Below, piece by piece: positions 28,590-38,341 of a stretch of DNA of 64,000 nucleotides (its first letter is position 1; every line of letters starts with the position of its first letter). Both the position numbers and the translations under genes were made by a program. A model generated the notes under the pieces. The model saw only the letters and a program-made list of their open reading frames with translations, made no database searches and was not told where the DNA came from. The stretch covers positions 23,341-87,340 of the IMG/VR virus record IMGVR_UViG_3300035698_014170. One strand, given 5' to 3'. The stretch comes from a virus.

Positions 28590-28592
28590 ACT

Positions 28593-30050
28593 ATGGTAGA
28601 TTATCCAATTCCAGTTGATGGCGAAACAACTGAATGGGGAGATGATTTAAACAATCATCTAGCTGTAAATATTAATCCTGCAAATGGAAAAATAGAAAAT
28701 CTTCAATATGTTAAAGACCCCTGGCATGATGTGCGAGCGTATGGTGCAATAGGAGATGGCATTACGGATGATGCTACAGCAATAAAAGCGGCCATAGCTG
28801 CTGCCGTTACTGATGGAGGTGGTATTGTATTTTTTCCAGTAGGTACATATATTGTCAAATCTACGATTGACTTAAATTCAGATATTCATCTCGTTGGTGC
28901 AGGTAGAGATTCACTTATAAAGGCACACTCCGATTTAGCTGGATTTGTTTTTCAGTGTGTTGGTACTAATGCGGCAAAGAAATATAATATGTCAGTTGAA
29001 AGGCTACTGATTGATGGAGACGACCAAACGAATGTAACTGGCGGAATACTGTTAGAATACACTGTTCGTTCTATTATTAGAGATGTAAAAGTAGTAAATA
29101 TGGACAATGTTGCTGCAATAGGAATTAGTCTTGTTGGGGAAACGTGGAATAACATATTCGAAAGTTGTAATGTACAGCTTGGTAGTTCTGCTGCAACTGG
29201 ACCAGTAGGAGATACTGGATTTAAGGTTGTTGGTGGTAATCATACTAATATTACATGGATAAATTGCATGGCTCATTTATGTAATATTGGATTCGGCGTT
29301 GCAGACCAAGTTTCATATTCCGGAAATTTTATTTGGGACAATTGTACCGCAAATTGTGTTGCAAATTCAACACGAACTAATACTGGTATAGCCGGATTTA
29401 AGATAGGAAACTCATTAAACGGATGGGAAATTAGGTCTCCTCATATTGAATGGTGGGATGATGCTGGTGAGTACGGAATTATAATTGATGGAACTGCTCG
29501 TTCTGGAATCATACAGACTCCAAGTTTGTATGCGTGTGACACTGGTATTTATCTTAATGATTGCTCTGAAATATTTGTCAATCTTCCTAATTACAACGGG
29601 GCTACAAATGGATATAAAGCTATGGATATAACAGCTACTGCTAAACAAATTAGACTTGGTGGATTTACAAAATATACAACACCTGTAGACGAAGCAAGCA
29701 CTTATGCTACTGGTGCAACAATTATATTTGATGATAGTGCATATTTAGATGTTGTAACTTTTCCTGTATCTGACGCAACACCAGATATAGGGATAGGTAA
29801 TTTTTTCCAGACTGCTGATACAACGACAATTACAGATTTTGATAATGGTTGGGAAGGAAAAGTAATTACCGTCCTTTGTAAACATAGCTTGACGTTTGAT
29901 TTTACTACGGCCCAAGACGTAAACCATAATCTTAATGGCAGTTCGGCGGATATAACTGCCGACGCTGGCGATATATTGAAGTTTTTATGTGAAGACGGGT
30001 TGACGTGGCATTTAATATCTAATTTAGACGCAAGTGTAGATAATAACTAA
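28593..30050 (+). CDS. Tailspike with pectate-lyase-3-like beta helix
   Basis: DVRAYGAIGDGITDDATAIKAAI..GGIVFFPVGTY. Confidence 0.85.
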   Translation: MVDYPIPVDGETTEWGDDLNNHLAVNINPANGKIENLQYVKDPWHDVRAYGAIGDGITDDATAIKAAIAAAVTDGGGIVFFPVGTYIVKSTIDLNSDIHLVGAGRDSLIKAHSDLAGFVFQCVGTNAAKKYNMSVERLLIDGDDQTNVTGGILLEYTVRSIIRDVKVVNMDNVAAIGISLVGETWNNIFESCNVQLGSSAATGPVGDTGFKVVGGNHTNITWINCMAHLCNIGFGVADQVSYSGNFIWDNCTANCVANSTRTNTGIAGFKIGNSLNGWEIRSPHIEWWDDAGEYGIIIDGTARSGIIQTPSLYACDTGIYLNDCSEIFVNLPNYNGATNGYKAMDITATAKQIRLGGFTKYTTPVDEASTYATGATIIFDDSAYLDVVTFPVSDATPDIGIGNFFQTADTTTITDFDNGWEGKVITVLCKHSLTFDFTTAQDVNHNLNGSSADITADAGDILKFLCEDGLTWHLISNLDASVDNN

Positions 30051-30072
30051 ACGGAAATAATGGAGCGTAAAT

Positions 30073-30202
30073 ATGTCTGATATGGTAATTTATATTCCGG
30101 TTCACGGATATATTTGCTGAAATTATACAAAGTTGGTCGACATCCGATTATTGTCTTGATTTCAACTCGGACGGAATAGTTAATTTTATGGACTATGTAT
30201 AG
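30073..30202 (+). pseudogene. Broken small ORF ending in a dockerin/EF-hand-like motif
   Basis: DFNSDGIVNFMDY at 30158-30196, in a frame with no start codon after TAA 30086. Confidence 0.4.
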
Positions 30203-30272
30203 GTGGTACAATGAAAAACAATTATTTACTTATAACAGACATTAAAAAATTAGATAAATTTAGGAAATTATT

Positions 30273-31112
30273 ATGAGCACAGAATTAACAAATCAAACAG
30301 TAACTCTTCTTTATCTAACTCCGGCAGATAGCCATAGAGTAAATTTGAGATTTCAAGATATTAGACAAGTCGGAATATACTCTGGAATGTATTTAACAAA
30401 TCCGTCTGCTTCTAATGTATCGATATCTGCTGGCGTATGTGAAATATCTAATGGGGCTTATCAAGTTCGTGTCAAAACAACTTCAGAAACTTCAGGAATA
30501 GTCGGAACATCGGATCAATATATAGTTCTGCAATGGGATTATTCTGGAAACGAAGACGACGATGTTTTAATTGCTGATTGTGTAGTTACTCCAGGCGATA
30601 ACGATATTGTTGTAGGTAAAATAGTAGACACGGCCGGATCATTTTCTTTTGATTACGGAGATACTGCTCATCCACGTACTCAACCAAACACAATGGATTT
30701 ATTCTTAAAAGTAGAAGCTCCAGATTCGTCAGATCTTGTTAGTAGTCCAATGAAACCTAGAGTAAGAGCTGGAAGAATTCAAGCATCCTCTGAAACAATA
30801 GATATTGCAGACGGTCAAACAATTTCTGCGTTCTCTAAAGTTGCTGGAATAACGTATGGATTAGTATATGTAGACGATTCTGGAACTCTGCAGATTGTTA
30901 ATAACACTGTACATACTACTATTCCAGATTACGACGGAAAACGTGTATTAGCCGAAATAACTCTTCCAGATAATACTTCTGTAATTACTTCAGATATGAT
31001 TAAAGATGTTCGAAATTTTGTGTCGAATAGAACAGGATACGTATTAGAGGTTAGAGACAGTGATCCTATAGGCGGCGATTTATTTACTGGTAGAATTTGG
31101 ATGATTGTGTAA
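30273..31112 (+). CDS. Putative tail fibre/baseplate-associated protein
   Basis: VLAEITLP..ITSDMIKDVR motif; position. Confidence 0.55.
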   Translation: MSTELTNQTVTLLYLTPADSHRVNLRFQDIRQVGIYSGMYLTNPSASNVSISAGVCEISNGAYQVRVKTTSETSGIVGTSDQYIVLQWDYSGNEDDDVLIADCVVTPGDNDIVVGKIVDTAGSFSFDYGDTAHPRTQPNTMDLFLKVEAPDSSDLVSSPMKPRVRAGRIQASSETIDIADGQTISAFSKVAGITYGLVYVDDSGTLQIVNNTVHTTIPDYDGKRVLAEITLPDNTSVITSDMIKDVRNFVSNRTGYVLEVRDSDPIGGDLFTGRIWMIV

Positions 31113-31899
31113 AATGGCAAATATAAATAGTTTGATAACTAGTTTTACAGGTTATGATTATAATACTTACGATCGGTCTCAGCGGTATGAATCTAATGCC
31201 AATTGGTTTGGCGACGGTAGTGGAAATGGGTATAATGCACCTAGTGTACTTAAACTTACAGACGGACATACTCCTTTAGGAATAGGTACTACAAAATCTT
31301 CCATAGTAACAAGTCCTCGGAGTACTGAAAATTTTTGTTGGGCATGGGGAAATGGAAACGAATTTCGAATTAATGAATATTTTGAGTCTAATACATTCGA
31401 ATATCCTGCGGTTTTAGATAATGTGGAGATACAATACTCGGCATTCGGAGTAGTAAATAGAATGAGTTTAGAGTTTTCTGCTTTTGATAGCAAAACCGAA
31501 ACTTGGACTGATTTGGCAAAATTGAATATAGTAGATCCCAACACTTGGACAGCCCAACCTATCGTATCTAGTACGTTAACACTACAAGCAACGAATGTAA
31601 CAAAAGTTAGAATCTTTGTAGCAATAACGGGAAGAAGTAATGCAGGACCGCGTGCTATTTTTGATTTGGTAAACTTTAATGGGGCAATCATTGAAAATAG
31701 TAAAATAAGAGTATGTGACGGCGTAGAAAAATATAATTGGGCACAGCATCCTATGGGAGCAGATACTAGTTGTTTAAAATACTACGACGGAGATAATATC
31801 AGACACTTATATTTAGTGGATATAGGCGATGAAAGAGCAACACCTATAGTTGTAGAAACCTCTGAAGGTTTAAAGGCAATTGCTAGAGGACTTAATTAA
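31105..31899 (+). CDS. Putative tail fibre/virion protein
   Basis: Beta-rich, Thr/Ser/Asn-rich; position. Confidence 0.45.
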   Translation: MCKMANINSLITSFTGYDYNTYDRSQRYESNANWFGDGSGNGYNAPSVLKLTDGHTPLGIGTTKSSIVTSPRSTENFCWAWGNGNEFRINEYFESNTFEYPAVLDNVEIQYSAFGVVNRMSLEFSAFDSKTETWTDLAKLNIVDPNTWTAQPIVSSTLTLQATNVTKVRIFVAITGRSNAGPRAIFDLVNFNGAIIENSKIRVCDGVEKYNWAQHPMGADTSCLKYYDGDNIRHLYLVDIGDERATPIVVETSEGLKAIARGLN

Positions 31900-31929
31900 A
31901 TTTACAATATTTTATAGAATCGGCGTAAT

Positions 31930-32913
31930 ATGGGATATACAACAAAACATAGTAGATTAAATAAAAGAGCAAAGCGAGTAATTCGATCAAATCGCGGAAC
32001 TTCTATAAATAACATACTTTCTGCTAATTCTTGGAAAGATCGACGTTGTTATATAATAGCTGGCGGTCCTTCTTTAAAAGATTTTGATTTTAGTAATATG
32101 AAAGACGAATTAACTATCGGAATCAATAAAGCTTTTACTAAGTATCCGTGTACTATTAATTACAGCATGGATCCTAAGTTCTATAAATACATCTCCGATC
32201 CTGGAATATCTGATTCGACTAGAGCTGAAATACATCGTCAATGGTTAGCTTATAAAGGTATTAAAGTATTTGTAGACAACAATTCTAAAAATGTATTATT
32301 TGATCCTTCTATATATTTAGTAAAAAAATTACATAAACCTACTGTTAGTTTCGATGTTGTAAAAGGAATATACAAAGGTACAAATAGTGGTGTCGGTGCT
32401 TTAATGTTAGCAATTGCATTAGGTGCTAATCCTATATATCTCGTAGGAGTAGATTTAAAAGTAGACGTTGCAGATAGAGCTACTCATTGGCATAGAGGAT
32501 ATCCCAAACAAAAAATAACTGACTTTGAACGCAATTTACTTAAATTTAAAGCAGACTTCGAATTGATCGCCCCAATTATCAAAGCAGCCGGAATAAAAGT
32601 GATTAATTTAAATTCTGATTCTGCGTTAGAATGTTTTCCTAAACAGGTTGTCGAAAATACTAGAAAAGTAGACACAGTTAGAGCTATTAATAAACGAACT
32701 GCTCTTTTAAAATCTGTAAATTATGATATACTGAAGTTAAGTAAGGAAATAATAACTTCGCCTAGTTTGATTGAAAAGAAAATCGAATTTGAAAAGAAAG
32801 AAAAAGAATTTATTTGTCCTATATGTAATAAATCTTTTACGACAGACTTAGGTTTAAAAATACACATAGGTCGAGTACACTCTGACGACATTGGAAATGG
32901 GAAAGAAAAGTAA
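31930..32913 (+). CDS. DUF115/Maf (MptE-like) protein with C-terminal C2H2 zinc finger
   Basis: IIAGGPSL, IGINK, NSG..AL.LA..LGA..IYLVGVD, THW; CPIC..F..L..H...H. Confidence 0.75.
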   Translation: MGYTTKHSRLNKRAKRVIRSNRGTSINNILSANSWKDRRCYIIAGGPSLKDFDFSNMKDELTIGINKAFTKYPCTINYSMDPKFYKYISDPGISDSTRAEIHRQWLAYKGIKVFVDNNSKNVLFDPSIYLVKKLHKPTVSFDVVKGIYKGTNSGVGALMLAIALGANPIYLVGVDLKVDVADRATHWHRGYPKQKITDFERNLLKFKADFELIAPIIKAAGIKVINLNSDSALECFPKQVVENTRKVDTVRAINKRTALLKSVNYDILKLSKEIITSPSLIEKKIEFEKKEKEFICPICNKSFTTDLGLKIHIGRVHSDDIGNGKEK

Positions 32914-33574
32914 GTACATTTCAGAAATCTTTGCGTCCGATTATTTAAAAAATAAAAGATGTTTTTTATTAGCAGGCGGACCTTCACTTAAAGATTTTGA
33001 CTATTCACTTCTTCAAAATGAATTCACAATCGGAATCAATAAGACTTTTATGACTTATTCTCCTACCATCAATTATTCTATGGACTTAAAATTCTATAAT
33101 TATATCTCACAACCTGGGATAACACAAGAACAAAGAAAAGCACATAATAAATGGAACGGTTATGAAGGGATTAAAGTTCTTTTAAAACCGCTTAGAGATG
33201 AACCACTTGCAGAAGATATTTATTTAGTTCAAAATTTAAAAAAGAGATCTTTATGTTTAGATATAAAGCAAGGGATTTACTCTGCTAAAAACTCTGGCTT
33301 TGGTGCTTTAATGCTAGCAATAGCATTAGGATGTAAAGAAATTTATTTATTAGGTTATGACTTAAAACTTGATAATCGAACCACTCATTGGCATAAAGGT
33401 TATCCAAAACAAGAACCAGAAGTATATGAAAAGACTTTAAAGAAATTTATTAAGAGTTTTGAAGAATTCACAGATGTTATAAAAGATAACGGGATTAAGG
33501 TAGTTAATTTAAACGGATTTTCGGCTTTAAGTTGTTTTGAAAAGAAAGATATACGTTCAATTTTAAAGGTGTGA
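32897..33574 (+). CDS. DUF115/Maf-like protein, paralog 2
   Basis: LAGGPSL, NSGFGALMLA..LG..IYLLGYD, THWH. Confidence 0.75.
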   Translation: MGKKSKYISEIFASDYLKNKRCFLLAGGPSLKDFDYSLLQNEFTIGINKTFMTYSPTINYSMDLKFYNYISQPGITQEQRKAHNKWNGYEGIKVLLKPLRDEPLAEDIYLVQNLKKRSLCLDIKQGIYSAKNSGFGALMLAIALGCKEIYLLGYDLKLDNRTTHWHKGYPKQEPEVYEKTLKKFIKSFEEFTDVIKDNGIKVVNLNGFSALSCFEKKDIRSILKV

Positions 33575-33577
33575 TTA

Positions 33578-33643
33578 TTTGGGGCTATAATTATACCCGT
33601 TACTGATTTAAACCCAGTACAAGGAGTGTTAGACCTCTTAAAC
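33578..33643 (+). repeat. Dispersed bipartite element, copy 3
   Basis: GGGGCTATAATTATACCCG...AGACCTCTTAAAC, 45-bp spacing; similarity to copy 2 extends to the downstream ATG. Confidence 0.9.
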
Positions 33644-33663
33644 AAACACTTAAAGGATGTTAC

Positions 33664-34314
33664 ATGGAAAAAAAAGAAATGTATATAGTAGCAGGCGGAC
33701 CTTCTTTAAAAAACTTTGATTTTAATCGTTTAAAAAATCGTACCACTATCGTTGTCAATAAATCTATATTCGATGTCCCTAATTCAAATTATTTTATAAC
33801 AACCGATTATACGTTTTTAAAAAAAATTAAAAAACAAAAAGATCAATTCGATTCAATTGAGTGTACGAAAATATTTATAGCAGATCTTCATTATCCTTAC
33901 ATCAAAGAAAAAAACGGACGAATTACTGATACAAGAAGTAAATTAGTATACGAATTGCAAGACTTTGACGTTGTAATCAAATCTAAAAAAGTAGAGGGGA
34001 TTGGTTATAGGTACAACGAATTTCGAACCGGATTAAATTCTGGATACAGTGCATTACAATTAGCTGTACTATTAGGATATGAAAAAATATACTTATTAGG
34101 CGTAGATTTAACTAAACAAAACATTACTCATTATCATGGAGGATATGGTGAACCGGCAAAGAAATTTAATGCCAAGATAAATACTTATTTAAACTATTTT
34201 AAAAAAGGTTTAGAACAAATTAAACGCGATAAAATAACAGAAGTATTTTCTTGTAGTCCGAATAGTGCGTTGAACAGCACAATCGATTATGTAAATATCA
34301 ATACGTTAGTATAG
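33664..34314 (+). CDS. DUF115/Maf-like protein, paralog 3
   Basis: VAGGPSL, NSGYSALQLA..LGY..IYLLGVD, THYH. Confidence 0.75.
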   Translation: MEKKEMYIVAGGPSLKNFDFNRLKNRTTIVVNKSIFDVPNSNYFITTDYTFLKKIKKQKDQFDSIECTKIFIADLHYPYIKEKNGRITDTRSKLVYELQDFDVVIKSKKVEGIGYRYNEFRTGLNSGYSALQLAVLLGYEKIYLLGVDLTKQNITHYHGGYGEPAKKFNAKINTYLNYFKKGLEQIKRDKITEVFSCSPNSALNSTIDYVNINTLV

Positions 34315-34323
34315 GAAAAGCAT

Positions 34324-35271
34324 ATGAATATAAGTGAAAATACAAGTAAAATAGAGATAGCTAAAAAAGGATATTGTGAAGGTAAATATATTGTAGGCAT
34401 GGGAAGAGCTCATAAATGCTGTAATCCGCATAGTAAAATTTTCAATTGTACAATGTACGGTACTTTCAATGTAAAATTGAAGTCTGGAAATATTAAAGAT
34501 TTTAAGCCTTGTATTACAAATAATGTAAAATCATATTGGTTTGTAAAACTTATACAACATAAACAAGTTTGGCAAGGGTGGGCAATTCGAGATCATAAGA
34601 GTAAACAGGCTACAAATGTGTTAGAATTGTTATCAAAAGAGAAGTTTCCAAATTGTTTAAAAGAAGAAACATTTGGCGTAGTCATCTTAGAAAAATGGGA
34701 AGACACTCAAATTAAAGAGTGGGCTAAAGATCAATATTGGTTTCAAGGTTTTCCTTTTGCCGCTGAAATAAGATCAGATAGTGAACATGTTTGGAATACC
34801 ATAAATAGAACAAACACAGTACGTCCAATTGATTGGGCGAATAAAACTGTTTTAGATATAGGTGCACATACAGGTTATTTTTCTTTTAAAGCAAGTGAAT
34901 TAGGCGCAAATGTTACTGCGATGGAACCTAATAAAAGTAGTTTAAGTATGGGTACGACGATTCAAGAAAATATAATTCAACAAGATGTTAAATTTGTTAA
35001 AACTGTTCCTGAAGACAGATTCGATAATATTTTATATCTTAGTGTGCATCATCAAATTGATCCGAATTATGCGTCTTTAGAACAAAAAATAAAAGACTTG
35101 AAAGCAAAAACAAAATTAAATCTATTTGTTGAATTGATAATGCCCCCGATGTTCCCTAAAAATAAATCATTGTCCGAAGAACAAATTGATAAAATTGTTG
35201 GCGGAAAAGTTTTAAACCGTTATAAGCATAACGTTCGCGGAATAAGAAAAATTTATTGGATTAAGAAATAA
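34324..35271 (+). CDS. Class I SAM methyltransferase with N-terminal domain resembling CTP-dependent riboflavin kinase
   Basis: VLDIGAHTGYFS; N-terminal GMGRA, YGTFNVKL, VLELLS. Confidence 0.6.
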   Translation: MNISENTSKIEIAKKGYCEGKYIVGMGRAHKCCNPHSKIFNCTMYGTFNVKLKSGNIKDFKPCITNNVKSYWFVKLIQHKQVWQGWAIRDHKSKQATNVLELLSKEKFPNCLKEETFGVVILEKWEDTQIKEWAKDQYWFQGFPFAAEIRSDSEHVWNTINRTNTVRPIDWANKTVLDIGAHTGYFSFKASELGANVTAMEPNKSSLSMGTTIQENIIQQDVKFVKTVPEDRFDNILYLSVHHQIDPNYASLEQKIKDLKAKTKLNLFVELIMPPMFPKNKSLSEEQIDKIVGGKVLNRYKHNVRGIRKIYWIKK

Positions 35272-36104
35272 TGTACAAAATCATTTTACCTGCTAGTGGA
35301 CCAAAACCTACGTATTATGCTGCGTATGTTGGATATATCAAAAAGATACTTGAATATAATAATATTTCTTACAAATTAGAAGGAGTAGTTAATCAAGGTA
35401 CAGTTATTTATCCTACAGCTACAAAATTTTTAATGATAATAAATGGTAAAAAAATAGTTGTAGATTATTCTGATAACTTAGACTGGATGCTTAATTGGAA
35501 CGAATTTGACGCGTATTTTAAGTTTCATTATTCAAAAAAATACCATCAAAGTTATAAAACGATGTACCCATTTTCGCCCATTAGTTTTTATAATTGGAAG
35601 CAGTATTTTAAGCTAGAAAAAGAAATAAAATATACTTGTAATACAGGTTTAATTCTTAACAAACAAACTCCTGGTGGCAATGCGCTAGAACGAAGAAAAG
35701 AAGTGCAAAAATTATTAAAAGATAAGTATGGAGAATCTGTAGATTTATTTGGTAAAACTCCTCAAATAGATTTTTGGAATATTATAAATAATTGTTTGAT
35801 TCAAATTTTTGTACCTGGATGTCGAAATGATATGATGGATCGAGGACAACTGCAATGTATGGCCTACGGATGCTGCACTATTTCTCCTAAAATAGTAGAC
35901 GAACTTCCAGGAAAAGAATTTTTACAGATGGTACATTATATCCCTTGTGCTAGCGATTATTCAGATCTTGTTGAAAAAATTGAATGGTGTAAAACTAATA
36001 GAGAAAAATGTATTGAAATAGGAAAAAATGCAAAACAATTGTTTTTAGAAACATCAACACCTGAGAAATTATGGCAATACATATTGGAAAAGGTTAAAAT
36101 ATGA
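35271..36104 (+). CDS. Glycosyltransferase (GT-B, GT90/CgeB-like C-terminus)
   Basis: HYIPC..DYSDLVEKIEW..N...C.EIGKNA. Confidence 0.65.
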   Translation: MYKIILPASGPKPTYYAAYVGYIKKILEYNNISYKLEGVVNQGTVIYPTATKFLMIINGKKIVVDYSDNLDWMLNWNEFDAYFKFHYSKKYHQSYKTMYPFSPISFYNWKQYFKLEKEIKYTCNTGLILNKQTPGGNALERRKEVQKLLKDKYGESVDLFGKTPQIDFWNIINNCLIQIFVPGCRNDMMDRGQLQCMAYGCCTISPKIVDELPGKEFLQMVHYIPCASDYSDLVEKIEWCKTNREKCIEIGKNAKQLFLETSTPEKLWQYILEKVKI

Positions 36105-36892
36105 AAACACCATTACTTTCTATTGTAATGCCGTATTATAATAGAGCAGATCAACTTCTTTTAACATTAAAAACAATTGAATGCTCTTCCAAAGCAAACG
36201 ATATTGAAATTATTATTTTAGACGACGGAAGTGATAAAGAACATAGGTCAGAAAAAGTTGCTGAAAAATCTTCTTTAAATATAAAGAATTTTTATTACTT
36301 AAAAAAACAGAAAACTTGGAAAAATCCTTGCTACCTATTTAATGAAGGCTTTAAAAAAGCTTCTGGAGATATTATAGTCATTCAGAATCCAGAATGTTTT
36401 CATGTAGGAGATGTTATTAAATATGCTATTGAAAATACAAACAATAATTATTTGACGTTTTCTTGTAAAAATATTAAAGAGAATAACAGTGCTAAGCTTC
36501 TTAAAATATTTGGTACATCAGAATACACTACTTACATAAATAAAATAAAAGCTGTTACAAGTTCTTGGTATAATCATCCTAAATTTAACCCAACAAAATA
36601 TCATTTTACTTCTTCTATTTCTAGAAAAAATTTAAAGGAATTAGGAGGGTTTGATTTAAGATACAAAGACGGCCATTCCTTTGACGACGACGAATTTCTT
36701 ACAAGAATAAAAAGATCTCCGATTAATATAGTCGACGCTCCTTCTGAAGTATGTTTTTCAGTGCATCAATGGCATTCTTGTACAAGACCTTTAAATGGAA
36801 ACAAGGATGAGGGGTGGAAACGAAATTACCAACTTTTTGAAAATGTTACTAAAAAAGAACAGGATTGGAAAGCAAATGAATCAACAAAATAA
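36101..36892 (+). CDS. Glycosyltransferase family 2
   Basis: SIVMPYYNR, IIILDDGS, GGFD.RY..G..DD.EF. Confidence 0.9.
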   Translation: MKTPLLSIVMPYYNRADQLLLTLKTIECSSKANDIEIIILDDGSDKEHRSEKVAEKSSLNIKNFYYLKKQKTWKNPCYLFNEGFKKASGDIIVIQNPECFHVGDVIKYAIENTNNNYLTFSCKNIKENNSAKLLKIFGTSEYTTYINKIKAVTSSWYNHPKFNPTKYHFTSSISRKNLKELGGFDLRYKDGHSFDDDEFLTRIKRSPINIVDAPSEVCFSVHQWHSCTRPLNGNKDEGWKRNYQLFENVTKKEQDWKANESTK

Positions 36893-37502
36893 TATACAGG
36901 AATGGTGGAAACACAATCACAATGTCAATTCATCTAGTTTGTTATCAGGATCGGTAGGAAATGTAATATGGAAGAGACACGAAATAGATCATAAACTTGT
37001 GAAAGGATTGAAAGTTTTAAACATAGGCGTAGGTACAGGTGCTTGTACACACGAATTAAGTGAAAGAGGCATTGATGTTAGTGTTTTAGATATTTGTGAA
37101 AACGCTTTTAATAAAATAACTGAGGTTGTAGAAAAATGTTATTTAAGCAGTAAATTGCAGAATCTTCCCGTTAATTATTTTGATTTTGCTATATCTCATC
37201 TTGTTTCTCAACATGTTTCTGACGAAGAGCTTACACAACAGTTTATTCATGTGCTGAAAAGTTTAAAGTCAAAAGGTATTTTTTCAATACAATATGCTGA
37301 TATACTTGAAAGAACAAAGGATGACGAAGAGTATAGATCCAGTAAGCAAGTATTGAAATGTCAAAAATATGGAGGTGTTATTAGGTCAGTAAAACATATG
37401 CATCAAATTGTTAGTACTTGTGATGGAAAAATTGTTAGTGAACCGCCTCCAAGAAAACTCAATTCAGCAATATGGCGTTATATTCATATAAGGAGAATGT
37501 AA
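36876..37502 (+). CDS. Class I SAM methyltransferase
   Basis: VLNIGVGTG; FD...SHLV.QH; likely start ATG 36876. Confidence 0.85.
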   Translation: MNQQNNIQEWWKHNHNVNSSSLLSGSVGNVIWKRHEIDHKLVKGLKVLNIGVGTGACTHELSERGIDVSVLDICENAFNKITEVVEKCYLSSKLQNLPVNYFDFAISHLVSQHVSDEELTQQFIHVLKSLKSKGIFSIQYADILERTKDDEEYRSSKQVLKCQKYGGVIRSVKHMHQIVSTCDGKIVSEPPPRKLNSAIWRYIHIRRM

Positions 37503-38341
37503 TGATACCTAAAAAAATATTTTTCTTTTGGGGAGGCGAGGGACTATCTTGGATGAGATACATGAGTTTGTTTTCTTTCAAAAAACTTAATCCAGATTGG
37601 GAAGTAACCCTTTGTATTTCGACAAACAGTTTAGTCTGTTCAAAAAATTGGTCCACTAAAGAAATTCAAGATTATCATACTTTAGATAGGAATAAAAATA
37701 ATTACTTATATAAACTACAACAACACGATATAAAGATACTTAATATAAATAGTAGTCTAAATCATTTAAAAGATGTTAATCCTATTCATCAAAGCGATAT
37801 TTTTAGATGGAAACGTCTTTCAGAAGAAGGAGGATTATATGCAGATACGGACATTTTGTTTGTAAAACCTATCAAAGAATACTATCATAAAATTCAAACA
37901 ACTGATATAATTATTTGTTATCAGAATACTTATCATTCAATCGGATTCTTAGGTTGTTCTAAGGATAATTCTTTCTTTTCTTATGTATATAACGATTCTT
38001 TAACAAGATTAAATAATCCTAAGTATACTTCAAATTATCAATCTTTTGGAAGTCATCTTTTAAAAACATGTGGCAGCTATGCTAGGATAAAAATAAATTA
38101 TTCAAACCATAAACTTTACAATAATCCTATGGAGATTGTTTATCCTTTTCTATGGAAAGAAACAAATAAAATTTTTGAAGAATGCAATACAAATCTTCCA
38201 GAAAAATGCCTAGGAATACATTGGTTCGGAGGAGCTCCAGATTCTCATAGGATGAATATGCTGTTAAATCATGAAAATTATAAAGATTTTAATAATACAT
38301 TTACCTATTTTGCTAAACAATTAGAGGAAATAAATGAGTAA
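37502..38341 (+). CDS. DxD glycosyltransferase (GT32/Och1-like)
   Basis: IPKKIFFFW, SDIFRW..L..EGGLYADTD, IHW.GG. Confidence 0.85.
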   Translation: MIPKKIFFFWGGEGLSWMRYMSLFSFKKLNPDWEVTLCISTNSLVCSKNWSTKEIQDYHTLDRNKNNYLYKLQQHDIKILNINSSLNHLKDVNPIHQSDIFRWKRLSEEGGLYADTDILFVKPIKEYYHKIQTTDIIICYQNTYHSIGFLGCSKDNSFFSYVYNDSLTRLNNPKYTSNYQSFGSHLLKTCGSYARIKINYSNHKLYNNPMEIVYPFLWKETNKIFEECNTNLPEKCLGIHWFGGAPDSHRMNMLLNHENYKDFNNTFTYFAKQLEEINE

